Part shown: one piece after another, positions 1 through 12,500 of the stretch
How the letters are laid out: each line of letters starts with the position of its first letter
Numbering within the stretch: position 1 is the stretch's first letter
From: Lama glama
Lineage: Eukaryota
Length of the DNA: 64,000 nucleotides
NCBI GenBank assembly: GCA_028534125.1
Contig: CM052816.1
Location: 15,192,001-15,256,000 of the forward strand
Reading direction: 5' to 3'
Made by a program: the position numbers and the translations under genes
Notes under the pieces: generated by a model
Database searches by the model: none
Seen by the model: only the letters and a program-made list of their open reading frames with translations
What the model was told of the DNA's origin: nothing

Positions 1-19
1 TCTACCTTTTTTCCTGCAG

Positions 20-477
20 GGCAGTCACGCCTCTGTGGAGAGCAGGTGGCTGTGGAGTGGCTCAAGCCAGACCTGAAGCAGCGACTCCGTCAGCAGCTTG
101 TTGGTCCCTCGCTGCGGTGCCTACAGCCAGAGAGCAGTCAGTTGGCCCTGGCCGGGGACAAGCTAGAGTTCCAAGGGGCTCAGGCTACCCTGCAGCTGAT
201 GTGCCAACAGATGAACCTGGGTAGCCCAGTGTTCCTCACCAAGTGTTTGGGCACAGGCTTTGCTGGCTGGCACCGCTTCTGGTACCAGGTGGTGATCCCT
301 GGGCATCCAGTGCCCTTCAGTGGCCTCATCTGGGTTGTGATTGCCCGGGATGGGCAGGATGGGCATGAAGTGGCCAAGGAGGCTGTGTCTGCACAGCTGC
401 TGGAGGCACTGAGTGAGTCTGGGGCCAGCCTCCTGCGGTCTTTTGGGGCTGAGGCAGGTACAATGGTTCAGCAGTGA
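20..477 (+). CDS. DND1: DND1 (dead end homolog 1) last coding exon; upstream exons lie outside the window
   Basis: Acceptor ttttttcctgcag ends at 19. The exon reads [27 protein letters not shown]...[17 protein letters not shown]...AEAGTMVQQ*, matching the recalled DND1 C-terminal dsRBD-like region. Position next to WDR55 is syntenic. Confidence 0.95.
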
Positions 478-811
478 CCTCATCTTCTCCACAGGCAGCC
501 TGAACAAGTAAGCGGGGCCTGTTTCAGTCCTTGGCCCAGCAGGCCTGGGCAGCCACCATCTAATCCCAAGAAGGGGAGGAGCATGGACCCTACACTAGGC
601 CTGACAGAGCCTCCCAGCTGGGGCAGGGCCCCAGTGCACCTGGGACAGCTCAGGTTTGGCTAAGTTGTGGTAAGGGACCTTGCCTTCCCCTCCCAGCCCA
701 TGGTCTGACCTGACCCCATAGTTGTTCTGTGTGACGCACACCCACCCACCCTCCCTCTCTCCCACAGCTTAGCATGAATCTGCTTCTTCTTGATTTGTCT
801 TTGTTGATGTT

Positions 812-933
812 TTTATTTGAAGGCTGGCTAAGCCAAAAGGTCAGAAATGTGCCTTTGCCCCCACCACTTGGCATTCTGGTTTTGGTGTATGTGTAGTTTT
901 GACTTTTTCTATGCTGGTTGTATTTATATTAAA
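812..933. terminator. Candidate polyA signals: WDR55 AATAAA (minus, 812-817) and DND1 ATTAAA (plus, 928-933)
   Basis: Each hexamer lies downstream of the corresponding stop codon on its own strand. Usage is inferred. Confidence 0.5.
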
Positions 934-1176
934 CCCCTGGTTGGTGTACACCTGTGTCCGTGCTGTCTTACCCCAGCTGTGGGTTTATCTCAACACTGGT
1001 GGAGTGAACAGCTGCTACAGGGCAAGTACTTCCCCACATCTGTTGCTGAGTCCTGACCCTCTGTGCATCTTTCGTGCACAATAGGGTATTTTAAATTCCC
1101 AGCCTCTCTGGGGAATCCAGCCCAGGAAGTAAGACTCTTGCCCACTGAGAACCAATCCTGAGGTTCAGTCATCCCC

Positions 1177-4100
1177 TCAGTCACTGTCGTCCTCACTCTC
1201 CTTCTCTTCCTCCCGAACTGTGGAGTCCACTCCCTCCTCCCTCAGTCCTGCAAAGAAGTCATCAGTGCTCCAGGCCTTGCTGCTCAGTGCTCGAAGGGGC
1301 CCTCCTTTTTTTTTGCGGCGACGGTAGTCATCCACCACCACAGCCCGCAGCTGGGCCATGTCCCAAAACTTGAGACGCTGGTCATGGCCACTGCTGGCCA
1401 GGAAGCGGCCACAGTGGGAGAGGGCCAGCTTCTCCACAGGCTCCCCGGCATGCTGGCCCACACTGCCTACCACTCGGTTTGGCAGGATATTGACAGCCCT
1501 GGGCAGAAAGAAAAGAGTGTTGGGTCTTGGCTGGTTAGGTCTGCCCTTGCTGTGACCTGAGGGCCATCTGGCTTCTCTCACCTGATGATTCCATCAGTAG
1601 AGCCGGTACACAGCAGACTCTCAGTCACCGGAACCATACAGTCGATGGACTCAGCTCTCAAGGCAAAGCGGTCACTTGTGGCCCCAAAACCATTCCAGTT
1701 GAATAGGTAGATGGTACCTTCGCTGGAGCCACAGGCCACCTTCTTCCCACACTGCAGGGAAATAAGGCAAACCATGTTTGTGGAGCCACCTCAGACCGAG
1801 TCCCTAGCACACCCCCATCCTGCCTTGCCCAGCTATACTTTCATGAGTGTGACAGAGGTCAGGTCTCCAGACTGTGGCTCTGAGAGCAACTCGAACCGGC
1901 GTCGCTTGATGTTGAAGACACCAAGGCAGCCATCTCCACTGTAGAGAGAGCAAAGGAGCAGACCAGGCTGGAGGCTCCCAGTGAGGAAGACATTTAACGC
2001 AGGGAAGGAGGGGTCACTGCTTTGAGGCTGTACCTGGCTGTCAGCAGCAGCTTCTTCGCTGGGTCCAGAGCCATGTCAGCGATATACTCCTCATGCTGCC
2101 GCATATCCATTAAGGGGCCCTCCTTCCGCTGGTCCCATAGGCGGATGCCACCTGTGTCATCCCCAGTGGCCAGAACATTCTCATCCACCAGCAGCAGGCT
2201 GTTGATGGGGGCACTGGAGACAGGTATAGAACTTCTTGGAAAACCTTTGTCCCAGTAGGGATGTACCAATCAATCCTTTCCCCTCACCTCAATGCACAAT
2301 TGGCTTCCCCTTACCCATGAGCCTTGGAAATGCGTCTTTCCAGTCGGCCCTGCTCCACATCTAGAATGTGGATGGCTTTGTCCTTGGAGACAGTAACAAG
2401 TTCTGGGGAGAAAATGTCCAGGTTACAGTGCTGCTCACTGCTCCCCTTCCCACCATCACACTGCCTTCCCTAATACTCACTCTGCCCATCTTCAGAGAAG
2501 ACAACGGCTCGGCAGGACTTGAGGTGGTGACCTGAGGACCAGAGCTCCTTGGTTTCTCCCTCTTGGCAGGAGTAGGAAAAGCTAGGGAGAATGGAAGAAG
2601 AGTGACTGACCCCAGACCTCACCTGGGATGCATGGAGTGTAAAGACCAACCAACTAACCTTCCACTCTACTAGGAGTTCCTGCTTGCACATCTCCCAGCC
2701 CCAGGAGCTTACCATCCCATTTTCCCATTTTCAGTGAGCTTCAAATGTTAGGGTTTTTTTTCATTCAACATACATTTTCATGACCTGACCCCACCTCACC
2801 CCTCTTCAGCATCCTTGAAAGCCCTAGCCTGGGGAAAGATTAGGTGCGGATCACTGAAGGTCCAGAAATATTTGCTAAATTAGTGACAGAAGACCAGCCC
2901 TAGAAGTAGGAAATGTAAAGATTAGTAAGACAGGGATCTTAACACTCTAGGTCTTTGGGACCAAGAGAAAGCCACAATTAATCACAGCACATCATGACCC
3001 CATGTTGAAGAGGAGGTAGGATGAAAATGGAGGTGGAGCAGAGGTACCAGCCCATAAACTCAGCTTTGAGGCAAGTACCTGTCCAGAGATTATCCTCAGT
3101 GCCTGCTTCAGCAGGTCTTCAAAAAGGGCCAAATGAATAAGTGCATACTTGCTGGTTAGTTCCAGGCGGGTAGAACTGGGTATACTTACTGTTTGCCCTG
3201 TCCCAGTGCCCAGCATGAAAAAGCTGCTTAATAAACATTCACAGATTGAACACTTGGGAGGGAAGAGGGCCTCGGAAAGCTACCTAAAGTGATGACATGA
3301 CATGAGTTGGATCATGAAGAATGAGTATTTCACCTGGCAGAGAACAAGGGGCAGATACTGGAGGCAGATGTCAGTGTCCCGCCAGGGCAGAGATAAGGAA
3401 TGAGGAGCGTTCAAGTGAGATGTATGACTGAATCTGGAAAGATCAGCTGGACTGGGCTTGAGACAACCATACAGGCCAAGCAGAAGTCTGAACTGAATCC
3501 TTTGGGGGAAAGGAACCTCTTTCGAATGATCATGGGAGAAGTTAGAGGCCTGCCAGAAGGCAGTGGCTGAGGGCAGGAAAGAGGAGAGGAATGGAAACAA
3601 TGGGGGTGTGAAGAAAGGTGGAGGCCTGGGGTGACTCCCAAGTGTCTGGCACTATAAATACGAATAGTCGTGGTAAACCTCTCTGCAAAGTACGTATGAT
3701 TGTTTCCATTTTCAAATGTGAAAACACGGAAGTTAACTTGCCCAAAGCCTTTGCAGTTAATGACAGGTTTGGGGTTTAAATTCATTAAATCTGATAGCAC
3801 AACTCTCCTGGTTAAAGCCTTCAGTGGCTTTTCACTGCTTCCAGCCTACATCTTTTGTTCACAAAATGTACTGAGCACACACCCTGGGCTAGAAGCAGGA
3901 GATACAATGGAGAACTTAACAGAATACAGATGACACTCCAGAACATTGTTTTTCAAACTCTAGTCTGGACCCGTTTGTGAGCTGCAATCAACATTTTATG
4001 TGTGTGCTCGCAATAACGATAGAATGAAATAAACCAGAAAATAGTAGGGTGCATCACACGTAATATAAAAGGTATTTTTACTGTGAGGTGAAGCCAAAAA

Positions 4101-5070
4101 TGTTTGAAAAAAAAGTGTTTTTTTGGTGGAAGAGATCACATTCAAATAATTACGCAAATGGATGTATGACTACACACCATTAAGAAGTTTATGAGAAAAA
4201 GGTATCTGGTACCAAGGTAGAATCTAACAGGTAGTCGTTTGCAGCATGCTGGAAGAGTGAAGAGATGTTGAGAGTTCAGGAACAGTAGGTGCAAGTAAGG
4301 GAAAGGAATTTTCCAGGCGGAAGGAATACGTGCAAAGGAGCTGAAGCTTTAAGATACATTAAAAAGGTAAGGATGAATAAGCACAGAAAGCAAAAAGTAA
4401 AGCGAGCAAGAGCCGGATTGTCAAGGCCCTGAAAGCTGGATTAAGGAGTCTGGACTTAATCCTAAAAGCAAAGGTAAACTATTGAAGGGTTTTAATCAAG
4501 AAAGTGAGATGGTCGGACTTGTGTTTTTGAAAGATCAGTTAAAGTGGGCAAGAGGCGAAAACAGGGGGCCCCGCTGGTCCTATTTCAGTACCAACATAAT
4601 ACAATCCGGTGGAAAATAACATTGTCCCGAACATCTGCTTGTCTTGCTACTTATTTGTTCGCCTACTTGTCCGGGCTTCGTCACGACATCCAACAACTGT
4701 CTTTCTTTCAACTCTTTCAAGAAATTTGTGTGGTCACTTGGTTAGAGCCGAATGTTACTTGTAAAATTAGTATTCCTGTAACTTTCCCTCTTCATCCTAG
4801 CCCCATCACAACGGAGTTTCCACACCGGGTAGCCACCGTGCCCACCACAGTCACCGCGCCCCGAGCCCTGCCTCGCACTTACACGAACACATCCCCGTCC
4901 ACGTCCCCCGCTGCCAGGAGATCGCGGGCCGGGTGGAACGCTAACCCACTGGCCGGAGCTTCCAGCACGATGTCTTCCGGAGTGTCCCGGCTCCGAGCTG
5001 GGGCTTCCGTGGAGTCGGGGTCCTCGTCGCTCCCATCCTCAGCGGGCCTTCCCTCACACGTGCCGTCCAT
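1177..5070 (-). CDS. WDR55: WD repeat-containing protein 55, 7 coding exons, 382 aa
   Basis: Exons 4883-5070, 2481-2581, 2315-2402, 2034-2213, 1839-1938, 1582-1751, 1177-1498. All introns are GT-AG and phases are consistent (1149 nt). Protein [12 protein letters not shown]...[21 protein letters not shown]...LKFWD...EDDSD*. Confidence 0.95.
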
Positions 5071-5650
5071 GCATCGGAGGATTCCTAGCCGCGCAGCAGT
5101 TGCACAGTGAGCCCAACAACCAGTCACCCGGTGGGAGGAGTGACCCAGGGCACCGCTTCCGGGTCGGGGGCCGGACCGGGGGGGCCGGACCGGATGTGGC
5201 GTCAGGGCGTTCTCCGTAACCCGGAAAAGGCGGGGCCAGACCCAGCTTATGGGTGGAACCGACCCGAGGAGGCCGTGCACCTCAGTCAGCTACTTCCCTG
5301 TGTTGCCCTGGAGAGGGTTCCAGGACCGGCCAGACGGCGCAACAGTCAGTCCCCTTCTTGGTCTCTTCATGTAAAGTTAGGAACTGCGTTTAAGTCCATT
5401 CTGCTTATCCTGATAGACGCTGACAGTTTGGTACTCCCTCCTGCAATCAGTAAGGATGACGTCTGCCCTGGGGATAGAAGAGGGGGATGCCAGTCATCCG
5501 TGTCTTGGTGAAGCCCAAGACCATGACAAGCGGCAGCCAGTTTAGTCAGTAAGCAACAAAGACCCACGCCGCAAGAATCTGACAGCCCGGGGTCATAGAC
5601 TGCAGGCCGCCTGCGCACATGCTTAAGGTGCAGCCGTCTTTGTTCTCATA
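4840..5650 (-). promoter_or_regulatory. WDR55 CpG-island promoter
   Basis: CpG-rich stretch around the first exon with ETS-like CCGGAA/CTTCCGG sites and a GC box (GGCGGGG, about 5229-5235). Confidence 0.6.
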
Positions 5651-6425
5651 GACAAAGCAACAACTTCCAGCCTGTTCCTACCGTTTGGCTGCAGACCCTC
5701 AGCAGGACTGGACCACCAGTGCTCAGAGCTGGCATGGAGTTGCTGAAGAGGAAAGTGGGCACAACAGTTGACGTCCTGGACATTTCAGTTACCAAAGATT
5801 CCAGAGGCCAGGGAGCCCACTTTGTACCTTGACAAACTTTTCAGTATGTTGAAGGGCACCAAACCCTCTGGCCAGGGACAGGGATTCCCCAAGGCACTTC
5901 CCCAAGTCTATCCCTTCAGCTAGGTAAGCAGTGATTTGTGCTTAGAATTACTAAAGCTCCCAGCAGGGCATAAACTTGTGAAAGGTTTCTGTTCCCACAG
6001 GTGTTTCTCATCAGGTGCCTTCACCTAGAACCCAGTGTGCACAACCTTGGGGTCAGACTGGCAGGCCACTGGGTTGACCCTAATTCCCAGGGAATCTCTG
6101 CCCTAAGACTAGGTCCCCAGATGGGCTTAAATGAGTGACATTTAAGACCAGTCACCCTTACATTCCTCTGTCTATTTCTTGGTATCAGTGAGGGTCATTC
6201 TTCCCTTCTCCACTGGGCACCTTGGCTAATATACATCCTGCTTAGGAATTTAGACCCACAGCTCAGGACAGGACTGACCTGACTTCCTCCATCTGATTTT
6301 TATACATTCAGTGGAATTAGTAGCCCTCTTGGTGCATCTGGGCCCTCAACATAGAGAAGACAAGACAGCAGGTTAATCAATTTTAATGGAACCAAAAGAT
6401 TATACAATAAAATGTTACATACATT

Positions 6426-6443
6426 CACACACACACACACACA
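6426..6443. repeat. (CA)9 microsatellite in the IK 3'UTR
   Basis: Read directly from the sequence. Confidence 0.9.
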
Positions 6444-6532
6444 AAACCTGGCAATTTTTTTCTGGAATTATAGAAAGCAAGCAGTGAGGAGCACATCTTT
6501 GTGGAGATTATTCTTGGAGCTGGAACCAAAGA

Positions 6533-9500
6533 TTAGTATTTTGGTCTTTTCACTTCAACCCTGCAATGGAAGAAGAAATGAGCATAAGCAAAACACTAAA
6601 CAATTTCTATCAGTCTCACAGAGGAAGAATAATGCTGCTCACCCATCGGCTTCCATCTTCTTCCTCTTCTCAATAATCTACAAAAACAACAGTTATAGTC
6701 AATATTTATGCGGCCAATCTAAGCTCACCTGAGACCCAAGGCTGACCTCTCCTACTTCCATGGCTGTCCGACCCTCTGCCTGTTCCTGAATCTGTGGCCT
6801 AGTGTCTCCTCCCAGCTGAAGCCTTCCCAGGGAGAACCAGTCCCACTCACAGCACTAATCTTTTTCCACTGGCGATCAAGCTCTGCTTTGTCATTGGTCT
6901 CCTTGAACCGCCTTGTTTTCCGCCCTTCAGACATCTTGATGCCATACTGGAATGCAGCCCTGAGGGGAAAAAAGGGCAGTTGAGGGAAGAAGACATCAGA
7001 GGTTGCATAGCAGTAGCAAGCTCTTCCCAGAGGACCCTGTGAGCAGAGAACCTATTTGGGAATGTTTCAGCCAGATTATACTCTCTAACCTGGTGTGGGC
7101 TAGTCCACCCCTATCACCATCCCTCTCCTCACTCCCTGGCTGTATTTAGTACCAAGACTTACTTGGGCAGTGCCTCCTTGTTGTTCATATACTCGCTGTA
7201 TTCCTCCTGGGTATCAAAGTCCCAACGGCCTAAAGGGCCCTTCTTGTTACCCTGTTGCAGGATAGAATGGGGGGCAGGTGAGGAAGAGATGTCAGTGGAA
7301 ATGGAATTTTAGCCCTTGATTAAATTCAGTCTCTCCCATAATCCCAGGTTTTATCATTCATAAATCCTACCCTAATCAACAATAATAAATGTTTTCTATG
7401 TACTTACTATGTGCCAGGTATTATTCTGAACACTAAACATGTATCTTATTTAACTGTCTCAAAAACTACTGAGAACTATATTTCTTTCCATTTTCCTAAT
7501 GAGGAAACAGGCATAAGCACTAAGTTAGCAAGGTCACAAAACTAATGGCAGAGCCATGGTTAAGCAAGGATCTAAGATGGAATTAAATCATGCAGTATAG
7601 AGAGAATGAGGGGAAAATGGATAACATTTCTTGACCATTAATGATGTTAATGTTTGTTGGTGGGCTTTTTTGTTTGTTTGTTTGTTTGTTTTAAGACTGA
7701 GAGGAAAATGCAATCCTGGCTAGAATAAAAGTCAAGTTATTTTCTAAAAACTGAAATTTCTTCTGCTCTTTCTACATATGCACTAAAGGCTTGTTTACTG
7801 CCTAAGATGGAAATCAAAGCCTGGTACTTTACAGAAAATAAAAAGAAATATATTTTTGGTCTATCTCATTTGACTTTGTACAGATGCTTTAAAACAGTTA
7901 AGTTCCCCAAGACTGCCCCCCCCACCCGCCCCCACCCCCACTCCAACCGTGCTGCTGCTCTTAAGGCTGCAGCTGGAGAAAGTTGAGGCCCAGGAAATGA
8001 AACAGATTCTTTGGGTGTAGGGAAGGGGATATATACTAAACAATAACTGCCCCAACCCATCCTTCCAACTCCATACCTGGTCCATTTTGCTATAATCCAC
8101 CTCCTCGTCACTGTCCACGGCCATGTCATCCATCCTAAAGAGAAACAATAGTTAAACAGATGGTGCAGACCCAGACCCCTATGCTTCATTTGGAAGCCTA
8201 TCCACTAAGAGGCTACGTGCCCAGGAAAAACCATCCCTCCTAGACATCCCTCGTAGAGCCTAACAGAATATCAAGAAGTCCCCATGGGTCCTAGCAAATC
8301 AAATTTCCACCTCACTCCCCATTCCCCCAACTTGTTCTCCAATCATCCCAGCCTCCCTTCTTTAACAGAGTCTTACGTACGTGGCTGGGTAGCACTCAGC
8401 ATAGCTGTTTGACATGCCAAAGAAATCTCCCAGCTGCTTCTTGTCCTCTGGCTTCTTCAGTGTAAGCTATGTTAAGGCAAATAATTCTACCAACAGCAGA
8501 AAAACTTCAAGCAGGAAGGGCCAAGGGCTAGAAGACCCAACATGAAAACTCTAAGGAGAGGGCTGTGAACATAAATGGGTCCTCTGAGAAAGGGGAAAGT
8601 AATGACTTCATCCTTGTCAAAATTCAGCACAAAAGAGAAAGAGGAAGATGGGGGTGAGGAGATTGTGGGGAAGCAGGGAGGCAGGTGGAGTTGGAATTAA
8701 AAAAAGAAGAGTTCTCTAGAACCCAAGAACATTCTGAAATAAAGGATATGATTCAGTGCCTTCCCAGCCGGCAGATCCAGCAAACTTTTCATTGATTGAC
8801 TTGATTAACTCCTTGGCAGATCCGGGTCCTGGAGGAAAAATAACTCTGTTCAGACTTTGAAATGAGGAACTTACAACCCCTTCCCCACAACACACTTCCA
8901 ACCTGTTTCTAAGAATTTTTTAAGCAACAGAACCCTTTAGCTAATAAAGTTTTAATCAAATTCCAACTAAAAATGAGCTACTCTGGTTGAGATCAGTAGT
9001 GTGCCCAGAATATTGTCTGCTCAACCTGCCTCACATCCTCAGAACCCCACAGCTGGAAGATTATATCTAACAGAGCAAATATGCCCTCCCATTGCCTGGG
9101 AAGGTAGATGGAGCTCCAGGCTCATCTTCTGTCTATTCCATAAGACAAGACATGGAATCTTTGAGAATCCAGAACTAGAAAGTCCCTCAGTCTCACCCTC
9201 TCACCATTAGCAGCTCTGTGCTCTGGGTCAGACTCTCAGCCCAGACGAAAACAAGACTGCCAGAGCCAATGCAAGATGCTTTGGATGAAACTCACCTTTG
9301 TCAACATCCATCGGCTGGAAAGAAAACAGAAGCTAAAGTGAGTGTCACCATGAGGGATCCCCATTCATCTCGCTCCCAAGTTTGAATCAACTCCCTACCC
9401 CACCCCTTGCCCCCAGTTTCAGGATGGTTCCTTCTCTGGATTAGGTGACCCCCAGTTGCTGCTATGGAGCCAGGAGGCACCTATATACCAGAGGGGTCCT

Positions 9501-12500
9501 GTACCTGGCTGGGCAGGCAGAGATGGGCAGCTTCACCACCTCGTACCCGGGACTACATCTCACCTCGTCGTCCACTTTTGGCTTCTCAAAATAGCTGTGC
9601 CTCTTCTTCTCCTCCTCTCTCTCACGATCTCGCTCCCGCTCTCGATCTCGTTCTCGTTCCCGCTCTCTGTCTCGGTCTCTGTCTCTCTCCCGATCACGCT
9701 CCCGTTCCCGATATCTCTCCCGCTCCTTGTCCCGAGGCGTCTTGGTTGTGGAGGGTACATAATCCCCAATGTCTTCAAATATACTAGGAAAACAGAGATC
9801 CCTAGCTGACAAAGTCACACAGTCTTCCATTTCCCCTGGCCATTTCGCCAGAATCCTACACCGAGGGCCCCCTAAATGCCAAAAATAAGAAACCCAGAAG
9901 CCCTTCCTTCCTCAGATCAGAGGGCAGGGGCTGGGATACATACTTCATGTCAGCCTCGGGGGGTTTCTTCTCTTCCATTTTCCCTGTAATGTAAAGAGAG
10001 GAGTGAGGAAAGCACTCCTGAGCTAATTCCCACTCAGCCTAACCACACTCTCCAGCTCGCAATGCCCTTTTAAACATCTTCTGTTCAGAAAATAAGACAA
10101 CAAAAGCTACCCATACTCTCCCTCCTCATGCCTCAAAGCTGCCCACTGCTTCCCGGGTGCATCAAGCAGACAGAACTTGGATGTAACCATCTCTTTGCCA
10201 GTGCTCCACTGCTCCCATTTTTCTCTGGTCCCCAAGAACATCCCAATATTCTGAAGACAGAAGGAGGAGACCTGGAGACCTTGGTTCCATCCTCAAATGC
10301 TTCTCCCCCTAACCCTCCAAGTTACCTTTATCCTTCTTTTTGAGCTTCTTGTTGCGGGTACCCTGCCTCAGGTAAGAAAGGATCTGGGTGAGCTTGCTGA
10401 TAACAATGTCATTTGTGGTCAATGTGGTCTGAGCCTGAAAACCCCAAGAAGCAAGAATGTTATCCCACTGAGCAGGAATCTCTTCATTTATTCATTCATT
10501 CATTTACTTAACAAATTGAAGGATGAGTTAGAATTAACTAGGTGAAGACAGGGAAAGGAAGTGTTGTGGAAGGACATTCAAGACATATGAAACAGCATGC
10601 AAAGGCCTGGGTCAAAAGTGAATCTAGTACATTCAAGAAAGCCAGGATGATTGGAGAACAAACAGGGATGCATGGTAAAAAAGAGGCTGGAAAGGCCAGG
10701 AGTTACATGGCCTCACAGGCCATAATAAAGATTTTGCTCTTTATCTTAACAATAAGAAAGCACTGCAAGCTTCTAAATGTGATCAGACAAAAATTCACAC
10801 TGTGAAATGATCATTCTGGTAATATGTAAAAATCATAATGGAAGAGGGGATGGAAAGATGGGGGAGTGGTAATGGCTAAAGAATACCAGGTTTTTTGGGA
10901 GGTGATGAAAAATGATTTAAAATTGCCTGTGATGATGGTTGTACAAGTCTATGAATATATTAAAAGCCACTGAATTGTACACTTTAAAGAAGTGAATTGT
11001 ATGGTATGTGAATTACATCTCAATAATAAAAATAAATAGGATATTGGAAGGGAACCAGGGTGGACGTGGGGTAGCCTAATTAGGGGCCTCTTTTAATAGT
11101 TCCAGCAAGACATGATGGCTTACACTATAATGTTATTGTGTTATTGGTGGAGACAGAGAAAAGCAAATGGATTCAACTGAGACATAGGAAGTCAAAAGGT
11201 AGATAGGACTTGGTGATGGGTTAACTGTGGTAGATGAGGCTTAGGGCAGAATTGAGACTGATCCCCAGGTTTGGGGCTCATGTGGCAGGCTCTCAGGACT
11301 CCACTCACCTCCATGGTGGGACAATCAGCTTTGCTACGAATAAGAGTAGTGGGGATGTCCGTGTCAGCATACTCATCATCCAGGTCTACCACATAGGCCA
11401 TGCGGCCCGGAAGAAACAGCTCATTCCGCTCATATGCTTTGCTCTTGAAGAGCATGCGGTAAACATTTCTGCCTACAAAGAAAGAAAGAGCAGCCAGGAG
11501 CCAATGAGAACCTTTTACAATAACAGCTGCCATTTGCTAAGTGCTTACTTTGTGCCAGCCACCACACCAAGTGCTATGCACGCCTTGCTCAGTTGAACCT
11601 TCACAACAACCTGGTGAGGTAGGCACTATTATCTCCTTTTAACTGATAAGAATACTAGGGCTAAGGCCGGGACAGGGTATAGTTCAGTGGTAGAGGGAGT
11701 TCTTAGAATACACAAGGTCCTAGGTTCAATCCCTAGTACCTCTGTTAAAAAATAAATAAGTAAATAAATAAATCTAATTCCCTCACCCCCAAAAAAAATT
11801 TTTTTTAAAGAATACTAAGGCTGAGAGCTGTGATTTACTACCACTTAAGTCATAATGACCACCGTAAGTCCTACAGCTACTAAATGACAGAACAAAGAAT
11901 GGGACCCTGGCAGTTTAACTCCGACGGCTAAGCTCTCATCCACCCTTCCTACACTGTCTTCTCAAGGGCACTATGTGCCTAGCATTGTATTAGGCCCTGG
12001 GCAGAAGGATGACATGTAAGGTAATATTCATGATGATGGAAAAAATAGCTCTACTACATGCTCAGTGTGACAGGCACATTACACACATTATTTCTCTTCA
12101 TCCCAATAATTCTATGAGGTGAATGTTGACACCATTTTTGCAAGCAAACAGGAGCTGAGAAGTTAAGCCAGTTGCACCCAAAATCACAGGCTTAGTGTGA
12201 TTTCACCATGGGATTCAAATGCAGGCTTCTGAGTTCTGAGCTTTTAATCACCAACCATGCTACCTCCCTTAAAGGATCAGCCCAGATCTCAAAGAGCTTC
12301 CAACCTAACTGAGGAGACATCAGTAATATATATAAAATAACTAAGTCCACATCTGAGTTGTATTAGAGGATTTTGTGGGAACTAGCAGGTGTGGGGGCAA
12401 AAAAAGAGAGGGAAAAAAGTAGGCTGAGGTAAAGGGGGAGCAGATCCTGCCCAGAGCACTAAATTCCCTCCAATTCACCTGGAATGCACAGCCACTAGTG

